A stretch of DNA of 64,000 bases from Verrucomicrobia bacterium UBA3783. GTDB lineage: Bacteria; Verrucomicrobiota; Kiritimatiellia; RFP12; UBA1067. The stretch is from NCBI GenBank assembly GCA_002369235.1, contig DFFF01000021.1:6797-70796 (forward strand), read 5' to 3'. Shown here piece by piece: positions 10,553 to 18,051 of this stretch (position 1 is the stretch's first letter; each line of letters begins with the position of its first letter). Below the pieces are notes generated by a model. It was not told where the DNA came from. It made no database searches and saw only the letters and a list, made by a program, of their open reading frames with translations. The translations under genes were made by a program, and so were the position numbers.

Positions 10553-11940
10553 TACTGCCGAGCGAGCGGCGAACTTTCAAAGCGCGGGCCTTTCTCGCGC
10601 TGGTCTATGCGATTTTGTCGCTGGGCGCAATCACGATGGTTTATCCATTCTGCATCATGATCGCGTCCAGCATCTCGTCTCCATACGATTATTCGCGCCA
10701 TTCGCCGGTCGTCAGATCGCTGGTCGATCCTGCCGACCGCTATATGCGGTTCTTGGCCACGCTTTTCAAACGTTTTCCTCGCGAAGTCTATCCCGACGCT
10801 CCGGAAGACTGGACTACATGGACTTCCGTCGCGAAGGATCGCGACGGCGTGACCGGCTTTTACCGCCGCCATTTTCTCGAATGCGGCGAGAGGGCGGAGG
10901 ACAGACGGTTTCTGGAATCGCTTCTCGAGCTGCCGCCGGAAGAACTCGTCTGCAACTACGATCCGCGCGATGTGGCGGGATTCATCAAGAAAAAATACGG
11001 TACGCTCGAAAACCTCAATGCGCATTGGACGGTTCCGCACAAGAGTTTCTTCGATATTTCTTTTTCGCTTGAATCCCACGGTCGTGCTGCGCCAGGCGTG
11101 AAGCTCGACGACTACCGCGAGTTCGAGCGCGAATATGTGCGAATGGCGCTCGAGCGCGGCGATTTTGTCTGCCGGACGATGCCGGGCGATCTCGAGGCGA
11201 GCGCACCGGCAATCCGTGCCGCCGTGAATGCGCAGTTCGCCGCCCATGGGTGGCGCGACTTCGCCGTCGGCGCGGCGGCCAACTACAGAACGGTTGGCGA
11301 TTACCTCTTCTTGCGCGGCAGGGCGTTCGCAAATACCATCATCCTTGTCGTTCTTTCCGTTCTGGCTTCGCTTACCGTAAATCCGCTCGCCGCCTACGCG
11401 CTAAGCCGGTTCCGGCTTCCTGCCACCGAACAGATTCTGCTTTTCCTCCTCGCCACGATGGCGTTCCCCGCCGCCGTGACTGCGATTCCGGGATTCTTGC
11501 TCATTCGCGATTTGGGGCTGTTGAACACCTTTGCCGCGCTCGTCTTGCCCACGGTCGCCAGCGGGATGTCGATTTTCATTCTCAAAGGTTTTTTCGATGC
11601 GCTCCCTCGCGAACTCTACGAGGCGGCGGAGATCGACGGCGCGGGCGAGTGGACCGTCTTTTTGCGCATCACCTTGCCGATGACCACCCCGATCCTCGCG
11701 GTGAATGCGCTTAACAGTTTCATCCACGCCTATTCAAGCTGGGAATGGGTATTTCTCGTCTGCCAGGACGAAAGCCACTGGACGCTTGCGGTGTGGATGT
11801 ATCAGTTTTCGCAGGTTTTTGCGCATCAGCCATGGTGCGTCATGGCCGGCTTCGTGCTGGTGTCGATACCCACGGCGACCGTCTTTCTGCTTTGCCAGAA
11901 AGTGATTTTGCGCGGCATCGTCTTGCCCAGCATGAAGTAA
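10543..11940 (+). CDS. ABC transporter permease (carbohydrate/MalG-type), orphan
   Basis: It has an N-terminal TM segment, a large periplasmic loop, and a BPD_transp_1 core with the EAA motif EAAEIDGAGEWTVFLRITLPM. No partner ATPase or binding protein is adjacent. Confidence 0.75.
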   Translation: MGVILPSERRTFKARAFLALVYAILSLGAITMVYPFCIMIASSISSPYDYSRHSPVVRSLVDPADRYMRFLATLFKRFPREVYPDAPEDWTTWTSVAKDRDGVTGFYRRHFLECGERAEDRRFLESLLELPPEELVCNYDPRDVAGFIKKKYGTLENLNAHWTVPHKSFFDISFSLESHGRAAPGVKLDDYREFEREYVRMALERGDFVCRTMPGDLEASAPAIRAAVNAQFAAHGWRDFAVGAAANYRTVGDYLFLRGRAFANTIILVVLSVLASLTVNPLAAYALSRFRLPATEQILLFLLATMAFPAAVTAIPGFLLIRDLGLLNTFAALVLPTVASGMSIFILKGFFDALPRELYEAAEIDGAGEWTVFLRITLPMTTPILAVNALNSFIHAYSSWEWVFLVCQDESHWTLAVWMYQFSQVFAHQPWCVMAGFVLVSIPTATVFLLCQKVILRGIVLPSMK

Positions 11941-11959
11941 ATGCAAGCCGCGGCGGCAC

Positions 11960-11988
11960 TTGTATTTCCTCGCAATTTATGGTATAAT
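11960..11988 (+). promoter_or_regulatory. promoter TTGTAT-N17-TATAAT (TGGTATAATAC)
   Basis: It has an extended -10 and lies upstream of the zinc-ribbon gene at 12016. Confidence 0.65.
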
Positions 11989-12015
11989 ACGGGAAAACAA
12001 ACGAAGGAGACAGAT

Positions 12016-12369
12016 ATGGCTGACGATTCAGAGTTCGCGACAGAGACTCCGGAGGCGGAAATCCGCGACACGGATATCGTGTTCGACTGTCCGCATTGCG
12101 GCAAGAATCTGGTGATCGACTATCGCGGCGCAGGTCTTACGATCAATTGCAGCGATTGCGGAACGCCGGTTCTGGTTCCGATTCCGGACGGCATGGACAT
12201 CAAGGATCTCGATCTCGATCCCGGTGAAATTCTCAAGCAGCTTTTCGCCACGCGCAAGAACTACCAGAAGGTGGAAGTTCAGCTCCAGCAGCTCAAATCG
12301 CGCCTTTCGCAAATGCAGGAGGCGCTTGCGGCGATGCAGGATGTAGTCGCGGAGGGGCTGTCGATTTGA
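12016..12369 (+). CDS. small zinc-ribbon plus coiled-coil protein
   Basis: CPHCG..x20..CSDCG forms a four-Cys ribbon, followed by a C-terminal heptad-rich segment. The ATG at 12016 sits behind SD AAGGAGA and the promoter at 11960-11988. The track start at 11941 would include that promoter. Confidence 0.6.
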   Translation: MADDSEFATETPEAEIRDTDIVFDCPHCGKNLVIDYRGAGLTINCSDCGTPVLVPIPDGMDIKDLDLDPGEILKQLFATRKNYQKVEVQLQQLKSRLSQMQEALAAMQDVVAEGLSI

Positions 12370-13001
12370 ATTTCCGCCGCGCATTCGTGAACACGCTTAC
12401 ATTCGCCAGACTGCCGCTCATCCTGGCGTGGATGGCGCTTGCGGTCGTGGCGGAAATCAGGGGTTCGTGGCCGCTTGCCGTATTGGGCGGCGTGTTCATG
12501 GGTCTCAGCGGGCTTTCGGATCTTTTCGACGGCTACCTCGCGCGGCGCTGGAACGTGGTGAGCAGGCTCGGGCAGATGGCGGATCCGTTGATGGACAAGG
12601 TGTTCTACATTTGCGCGTTCCCGACGCTGGTCTGGCAGATTGCGCGTCAGGCGGAAAGTCCGGTGCATGCGATCGTGATGCTGGTGTTCACGGTGCTGTA
12701 TCTTCTGCGCGACACATGGGTGACGTTTCTGCGGTCGGTGGGGGCGGCGCACGGCGCGAACGTGTCGGCGATGTGGCTGGGCAAGGTGCGCACCGCGCTT
12801 TCGTTCCCCGGAGCGGGTTTCATCTATGCGTATCTCGCGCTGCACCATCTCGTGGCGGTGGAGTGGTGGAATGCGTGGCTCTGCGCGTGTTTCGCGGTGG
12901 AAGCGATGCTCATCGGGCTTACGCTGTGGAGCCTTGCGACCTACACTTCGGCCTACATGCCTTATCTGAAGGCGGCGATATCCGGTGAAAAACAATCTTG
13001 A
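12366..13001 (+). CDS. CDP-alcohol phosphatidyltransferase family protein
   Basis: The signature D-x2-DG-x2-AR-x8-G-x3-D-x3-D reads DLFDGYLARRWNVVSRLGQMADPLMDK. The protein is multi-TM and starts with TTG in a TTGA overlap. Confidence 0.8.
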   Translation: MNFRRAFVNTLTFARLPLILAWMALAVVAEIRGSWPLAVLGGVFMGLSGLSDLFDGYLARRWNVVSRLGQMADPLMDKVFYICAFPTLVWQIARQAESPVHAIVMLVFTVLYLLRDTWVTFLRSVGAAHGANVSAMWLGKVRTALSFPGAGFIYAYLALHHLVAVEWWNAWLCACFAVEAMLIGLTLWSLATYTSAYMPYLKAAISGEKQS

Positions 13002-13026
13002 CTTTATTCCGAAAATATGAGATAAT
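12998..13026 (+). promoter_or_regulatory. promoter TTGACT-N17-GATAAT (TGAGATAATAC)
   Basis: It lies upstream of the pseudopilin gene at 13057. Confidence 0.55.
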
Positions 13027-13056
13027 ACAACCAACCCAACAAGGAAAACAACAAAC

Positions 13057-13803
13057 ATGAAAAAGATGACTAAAGGATTCACGCTGGTCGAACTTCTCGT
13101 TGTGATCGGCATTCTCGGCATTTTGATGGGCGCGTTGTTCCCGGCCATTTCGGGCGCGATGCTCACTGCGAACGCTTCGGCGATGGCGATGAAGGGGCGC
13201 AATCTCCATCAGGCGATCACTCAGGCGAACATCGAGCGCGAACAGGCCGGTCTCCAGAGCGTGTGGCCCAAGGACGACAGCTCCAAGTCTGACGACCCCG
13301 ACGACATTGCGGGCATGACGTTCGGCACGGCCGAGGCCTACTTCCAGGAACTCTTCAACATCTCCAAGTACGGCGATTCGGATTGGGCGCCTTATGTGAA
13401 CGTGGATATCGGTGCGCTCTCCGGCTCCGGCGTGCAGGCGTTCGCCGGCGGCACTACGCTCAACGGCAAGAGCGTCGGCTGGTGCATCGCGCAGGGCGTG
13501 ACCGACGAAATGGAGGATATCATTCCCGTGCTCGTGACGCGCAACGCGCAGATCGACGCGCTGCCCACCTCTTCGGGTTCGCACGACATGTCCTCGGACA
13601 AGACGGAAGTCAAGATGGGCAAGTCCAACGGCGGCAAGAGCGACACGCCGTTCGGCAACAAGGCGTTCATTCTGGTGCGCAAGGGCGGTGCGGCCGAGAC
13701 GATCAAGGCGAAGTACAACAAGCTCTACCTCGTCTACAAGAAGCAGAGCTTCACGATCCCGCAGAGCGCCACCTTCAAGTATCTCGCGCCCACAGCCGAT
13801 TAA
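13057..13803 (+). CDS. prepilin-type N-terminal cleavage/methylation domain protein (pseudopilin-like)
   Basis: The N-terminus MKKMTKGFTLVELLVVIGILGIL is a canonical prepilin leader (G/FTLVE) followed by a hydrophobic helix. Confidence 0.8.
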   Translation: MKKMTKGFTLVELLVVIGILGILMGALFPAISGAMLTANASAMAMKGRNLHQAITQANIEREQAGLQSVWPKDDSSKSDDPDDIAGMTFGTAEAYFQELFNISKYGDSDWAPYVNVDIGALSGSGVQAFAGGTTLNGKSVGWCIAQGVTDEMEDIIPVLVTRNAQIDALPTSSGSHDMSSDKTEVKMGKSNGGKSDTPFGNKAFILVRKGGAAETIKAKYNKLYLVYKKQSFTIPQSATFKYLAPTAD

Positions 13804-13804
13804 G

Positions 13805-16000
13805 GTGCTCGCAAAGGTCGCAATCGACCTTGCTCTCGACCGGCTCTTCACCTATGAAGTGCCGCAGGAGCTGGAAAAGAAGTTGGCCGTCGGCCAACTT
13901 CTTTCTGTTCCGTTCGGCTCTCGCGTCGTGCGGGGGTTCGTCATGGAATTGGAAACCGGAGACCAGGAGTCTGAAGCCGGGAATTACAAACTCAAGAAGA
14001 TTATTTCGATCGTCGACGAGGTGCCGTTTTTCAGCGAGCGGCTCTTGGATATCGTGCGCAGGATTGCGCAGTGGACGGTTTCGCCGGTGGAGAGCGTTTT
14101 GAAGGCGGCGGTGCCGGCGGCGGTGTTGAAGCCCGGCGCACACGAGAAAACGCAGTTGTATGTAGATCCGGCGGACGGGAAAGCCGGTGCGGCGAAGAAG
14201 GGCGATGGACTTGACGTCCTGACCAGGCGTCAGGCGTGGGTGTATGAAAATCTGGTGCGGCTTGGCGGCGGATGGATGCACCAATTGTGCGCGGAGCTTG
14301 GCACGACGGCGACGATATTCCGCGAGCTTGAGCGCAAAGGCTGCGCTAAAATCGAGGAACGCCAGCGCTTCCGGGCTCCGCTTGCGCGGCGGCAGGTCGT
14401 GCCGTCGAAGGCGCTTGCGCTGAATCCCGGCCAGGTCGAGGCGCTGGAAAAAATCCTGAAGGCCGAAAAGCCAGTCCTTTTGCATGGCATCACCGGGTCG
14501 GGCAAGACGGAAATCTATCTTCAGGCGATCGCCAGAAAACTTGAGGAAGGGCGCGGCGCGATCGTCATGGTGCCGGAGATCGCGCTCACGCCGCAGACGG
14601 TGCAACGCTTCGCCTCGCGTTTTGGCGACAAGGTGGCGGTCTTGCATTCGGCATTGTCGGACGGCGAGCGCTATGACGAGTGGCACCGCATCCGGTCGGG
14701 TAAGGCGCTGGTGGTCGTGGGGCCGCGTTCCGCAGTGTTTGCGCCGGTCAAGGATCTGGGCATCATAATCGTCGACGAAGAGCATGAGGGCAGCTACAAG
14801 CAGGAGGATACGCCGCGCTACAATGCGCGGGACGTGGCGGTGCTGCGCGGCAAGATCGAAGGTGCGCTGGTGGTCTTGGGGAGCGCCACGCCGTCGCTCG
14901 AAAGCTACCGCAACGCGCAGACGGGCAAATACTCGTGCGTGACGCTGACCGAGCGGGCGGGCGGCGGCACGCTTCCGGCGGTGCGGCTCGTCGACATGGA
15001 CGATGGCGGCGAAACCGGGATTTACTCGCAGGAACTGCTTGCGGCGATCGCAAAGCGGCTCGATCGCGGCGAACAGACGATCCTTTTCCTCAACCGGCGC
15101 GGATACAGCAGGTCGCTGACGTGCGAATCGTGCGGCGGCACGGTGGATTGCGACAGCTGCGATACGCCGTATACATACCATCGCGCCGACAATTGCCTCA
15201 GGTGCCATTTGTGCGGCGGATGGCGCGAGCTGCCGCGTCGCTGTCCGCATTGCGGATCCGACCGGCTCTCCTATCGCGGCATCGGCACTCAACGCGCCGA
15301 GATCGCTTTGCAGAAGTGTTTCCGCCGTGCGCGTATTTTGAGGATGGATGCCGACTCCACCCGCGGCAAGAATTCGCATGACGATATCTTGGGCGCATTC
15401 CGTCGGCACGAAGCCGATATACTCCTCGGGACGCAGATGATTGCGAAGGGGCTGGACTTCCCCAATGTTACGCTTGTCGGGGTGCTCAACGCCGACCAGT
15501 CGCTGAACATGCCGGATTTCAGGGCGGCGGAGCGCACATTCCAGCTGCTGGCGCAGGTTTCCGGTCGCGCCGGACGCTCCCGGCTGCCGGGGGAGGTGGT
15601 GATTCAGACGCGCAATGCCTCCAATCCGGCTATCAAGGCTGCTTGCGCCTGCGACTATGTCGGATTTGCCGCCGGGGAACTGGCCGACCGGCGTGAAGCC
15701 GGTCTGCCGCCATGGACGCATTTGAGCGTAATCCGGTTCAAGTCGCGGGATCGCGAACTTGCGGAGCGCTGGGCGCGGTTTTATTCGGAGATGCTGGCCA
15801 AAGCGCCGGGGAAGATGCGTGTTTCCGATGCCATGCCCAGCGCAATCGAAAAACAGGAAGGCTACTTCCGTTACCAAGTGGTGATTACATCGGAGCTCAT
15901 TTCTCCGGTTGTGTCGGCCTATCGCCAGGCGGCGGCGCAATGTCCGCCGCCCAAAGCGGTGAAAATGGCTATCGACATTGATGCACACAACATCGTTTGA
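13805..16000 (+). CDS. priA: primosomal protein N' (replication restart helicase)
   Basis: It has Walker A GITGSGKTE, the DEEH box (IIIVDEEHE) and a Cys-rich zinc module CESCGG..CDSC..CLRCHLCG. I chose the GTG start at 13805; the track's N-terminal extension is an R/S-rich artefact overlapping the previous gene. Confidence 0.9.
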   Translation: MLAKVAIDLALDRLFTYEVPQELEKKLAVGQLLSVPFGSRVVRGFVMELETGDQESEAGNYKLKKIISIVDEVPFFSERLLDIVRRIAQWTVSPVESVLKAAVPAAVLKPGAHEKTQLYVDPADGKAGAAKKGDGLDVLTRRQAWVYENLVRLGGGWMHQLCAELGTTATIFRELERKGCAKIEERQRFRAPLARRQVVPSKALALNPGQVEALEKILKAEKPVLLHGITGSGKTEIYLQAIARKLEEGRGAIVMVPEIALTPQTVQRFASRFGDKVAVLHSALSDGERYDEWHRIRSGKALVVVGPRSAVFAPVKDLGIIIVDEEHEGSYKQEDTPRYNARDVAVLRGKIEGALVVLGSATPSLESYRNAQTGKYSCVTLTERAGGGTLPAVRLVDMDDGGETGIYSQELLAAIAKRLDRGEQTILFLNRRGYSRSLTCESCGGTVDCDSCDTPYTYHRADNCLRCHLCGGWRELPRRCPHCGSDRLSYRGIGTQRAEIALQKCFRRARILRMDADSTRGKNSHDDILGAFRRHEADILLGTQMIAKGLDFPNVTLVGVLNADQSLNMPDFRAAERTFQLLAQVSGRAGRSRLPGEVVIQTRNASNPAIKAACACDYVGFAAGELADRREAGLPPWTHLSVIRFKSRDRELAERWARFYSEMLAKAPGKMRVSDAMPSAIEKQEGYFRYQVVITSELISPVVSAYRQAAAQCPPPKAVKMAIDIDAHNIV

Positions 16001-16048
16001 GCGGCTATGCGCTACGCACGACCGCAAAGGCAGGGCTTATCGCTCCGC

Positions 16049-16084
16049 AATCGAAAAATCGATTAATCGAAGAATCGAAAAATC
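16049..16084. repeat. 8-bp microsatellite (AATCGANN) x4.5 containing the 12-bp palindrome TCGATTAATCGA
   Basis: AATCGA recurs at 16049, 16057, 16065 and 16073, with a partial fifth unit (AATC) at 16081. The palindrome spans 16059-16070. Confidence 0.9.
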
Positions 16085-16085
16085 T

Positions 16086-16129
16086 CTCTCCTAGTCCAGC
16101 CTTCTTTCCTTCGTAGTCGAGTCTTCTGG
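16086..16129. repeat. two degenerate copies of the 22-bp repeat
   Basis: TAGTCCAGC at 16092 and TAGTCGAG at 16114 are 22 bp apart. The array ends in CTTCTGGAC, as the 48.8-kb array does. Confidence 0.7.
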
Positions 16130-16177
16130 ACTGCGCAGCAAGCTAAGTTTTGCCAGGCATTTTCCGGAAATTTCATA

Positions 16178-16203
16178 CACAAAACGCGCAAGTGCGTTTT
16201 GTG
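16178..16203. other. perfect 10-bp stem hairpin (ACACAAAACGC-loop-GCGTTTTGTG)
   Basis: I checked the base-pairing by hand. No flanking U-tract is present, so I do not call it a terminator. Confidence 0.6.
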
Positions 16204-16212
16204 GTGAAAGGA

Positions 16213-16249
16213 CAAGGTAAATGCCCATAGTTCATGGGTATTTACCTTG
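16213..16249. other. 16-bp stem / 5-nt loop hairpin
   Basis: CAAGGTAAATGCCCAT-AGTTC-ATGGGTATTTACCTTG forms 15 Watson-Crick pairs plus one G-T pair, checked by hand. Confidence 0.7.
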
Positions 16250-16348
16250 GAGCGGGCATTTGCGTTTGCACGACTAAACGGGCAGGAAACTCCGTCGCCC
16301 CTGCCCACTTTCAGCGCAGCAGAACGGGATGAAAAGTGACAAAAGCCC

Positions 16349-16377
16349 TTGAATAGTGTCAAAAAATATGATATAAT
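16349..16377 (+). promoter_or_regulatory. promoter TTGAAT-N17-TATAAT (TGATATAATAC)
   Basis: It lies immediately upstream of the Panacea-like gene. Confidence 0.6.
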
Positions 16378-16381
16378 ACGC

Positions 16382-16990
16382 ATGAAATATGAGAAAAGGC
16401 TTGAAGAAATGAACTATTTCGACGGCAAAATAGTTGATTTGCTGATGTATTTCACGGCGAATTGTGCACAGGATGTGTGCGACAAGGTGCATCTATTGAA
16501 GTTGATGTATCTTGCTGATCGAGACCATATGCGGGAGTGTGGCCGTCGTATCACAAGCGGAAGTTATCTGGCATACCCGAAAGGGCCTGTTAATAAAAGG
16601 GCATATGAGATTTTGGTAAGTGCCGACAGCGGGCACTGTGACGAACTGCGCGAATACCTAATCGCTCTTGACGATGAAGGACACCATAAGTATATTTCCG
16701 ATAAAGTCGGCTATCGGTACCCACATCTTTCTTTGTCAGATCGTCAATCTGCGGACTGCGCAATCGAAACCATGCTTCAACTTGCAAGCAAAGGAGAGGA
16801 CTTGTCTGAATTTACTCATCACTTCCCAGAGTGGAGTAAAGTTAAAGACAAGATAGACGATGCACACAGGGTTTATCCCGAAATTGACATTGCGGATTTC
16901 TTTGCAGATCCTGACGAGCCTGGGAAAGAATACAGCAAGGCATCTCCGGCGCTTGTTGCGCTCAACAAAGATTCGTTCTTGAATTACTGA
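16382..16990 (+). CDS. Panacea (DUF4065)/SocA-GepA-like putative antitoxin
   Basis: The segment KVHLLKLMYLADRDHMRECGRRITSGSYLAYPKGPVNKRAYEIL fits the DUF4065 pattern (KL.KLLY.AD..hl...G.pit...y.A...GPV...y). The gene is visibly AT-richer than its flanks. The start is ambiguous between ATG 16382 and ATG 16409; the track start 16349 overlaps the promoter. Confidence 0.6.
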   Translation: MKYEKRLEEMNYFDGKIVDLLMYFTANCAQDVCDKVHLLKLMYLADRDHMRECGRRITSGSYLAYPKGPVNKRAYEILVSADSGHCDELREYLIALDDEGHHKYISDKVGYRYPHLSLSDRQSADCAIETMLQLASKGEDLSEFTHHFPEWSKVKDKIDDAHRVYPEIDIADFFADPDEPGKEYSKASPALVALNKDSFLNY

Positions 16991-16999
16991 CGGCTCATC

Positions 17000-17572
17000 G
17001 TGCAGAACAAGATCTCTGGCACATTCGGCGGAGCAGAGCAGGGCGATGTCTTGTATTTTGTCAACGACAACCTCGCTACTACTTATCCTCATTATCACAT
17101 CGTCCTCAATTTGCGTATGAAAAGCGGAGAGGACTTGTATGTTGCAATATGTACTTCCAAAATTGAGAGACTGAAAGAGAAGGCAAAGGCGAAGAAGTAC
17201 GCTGAAGAGACGATTGTTTATATTGAGACGTCGGAATATGCCCAATTCACTAAAAACACGGGCATTGATTGCAACGACGCTCAAGTAGTCCCTGCTGATG
17301 TGCTTGCTGGCAAAAAAGTTTGCCGATACAATAAGTTTCCTCAAACGCTTCTTGATAAGGTTCTTAATGGCGTGTTGCTAAGCGAGAGCGTCGATGAAAA
17401 GATTAAAGCGGCGATATTCGGTGTAGAGTTAGATGAGCTGGGAGAGGTAATGGCACGAAGGTTTGGCGGTAGATTGAAGCGCCTATTGCCGGGAGTTTAC
17501 GACGATGCTATCGAAAAGACGGCATACCTAGCTAGTGCGGGGGGCAGGCCGATTTCAATACACGTGAACTAA
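17000..17572 (+). CDS. uncharacterised protein, candidate toxin partner (possible MazF/ToxN-like fold)
   Basis: It starts with GTG 9 nt after the upstream stop and has the same AT-rich composition. GDVLYF..HYHIVLN..LYVAICTSK..GIDCNDAQVV resembles the beta-strand pattern of the PemK/MazF/ToxN superfamily. This rests on pattern only, not on a search. Confidence 0.45.
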   Translation: MQNKISGTFGGAEQGDVLYFVNDNLATTYPHYHIVLNLRMKSGEDLYVAICTSKIERLKEKAKAKKYAEETIVYIETSEYAQFTKNTGIDCNDAQVVPADVLAGKKVCRYNKFPQTLLDKVLNGVLLSESVDEKIKAAIFGVELDELGEVMARRFGGRLKRLLPGVYDDAIEKTAYLASAGGRPISIHVN

Positions 17573-17696
17573 CCGCTGGGTATTCAAGGGGTTTTCGCCT
17601 CCCCCGAGCGCACCGCCGCCACCATGCAGTTGCGCCTGTTGCATCGTTTCGCTTCCGTCAACCCACTTACTTTTTCACCCAATTTCCAATTCCCCA

Positions 17697-17725
17697 TTGC
17701 ATTTTATCGCGATTTTTAGTATAAT
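17697..17725 (+). promoter_or_regulatory. promoter TTGCAT-N17-TATAAT (GATTTTTAGTATAATAC)
   Basis: The -10 ends 8 nt before the rsfS ATG. Confidence 0.6.
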
Positions 17726-17733
17726 ACACAAAT

Positions 17734-18051
17734 ATGGTAGCAGAAGAGCAGGCAAAGAAAATCGCGGCGGCGCTTGAAGAGCGCAAGGGCGAAGACATCA
17801 AAATCTACGATGTGCGCGGGAAAAGTTCGCTGACGGACTTTTTCGTGGTGGCGACCGGTGCGGCGGCGCCGCACCTGAAGGCGCTTGTCGCCGAAAGCCA
17901 GGCGGCAATGAAGGGCGAGGGCGTGGCGAGCTACCGCACGAGCGGCGACCCGGAAAGCGGCTGGATCGTCGTCGATTACATCGATGTCGTGGTGCATGTG
18001 TTTTCTCCCGAGGCGCGAGCCTATTACGCGCTGGAGAAGCTCTGGGCGTGA
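17734..18051 (+). CDS. rsfS: ribosome silencing factor RsfS (iojap)
   Basis: 105 aa, with LTDFFVVATG and WIVVDYIDVVVHVF, which are typical of RsfS. Confidence 0.9.
   Translation: MVAEEQAKKIAAALEERKGEDIKIYDVRGKSSLTDFFVVATGAAAPHLKALVAESQAAMKGEGVASYRTSGDPESGWIVVDYIDVVVHVFSPEARAYYALEKLWA

Noticed and set aside
13688-13804. Long N-terminal extensions proposed by the ORF track, for example priA from 13688, gpsA from 45484, mnmA from 46969, the TPR gene from 40426, the GT4 from 31376, mrp from 60636 and thiE from 48978.
   Set aside because: The extensions overlap the preceding gene or the tRNA and translate to Arg/Ser/Gly-rich junk. They end at an internal ATG or GTG that sits in an NTGA overlap or behind an SD, and the recognisable N-terminus of the family begins at that point.
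16063-16383. A 106-aa minus-strand ORF in the priA/Panacea intergenic region.
   Set aside because: It spans the promoter, both hairpins and the repeat arrays. It has no coding-like composition, SD or recognisable domain. The region is better described as structured non-coding DNA.
16736-17344. A 202-aa minus-strand ORF inside the AT-rich islet.
   Set aside because: It lies antisense to both islet genes and crosses their 9-nt junction. It has no promoter motif or SD. The + strand genes have the consensus promoter and a recognisable domain.
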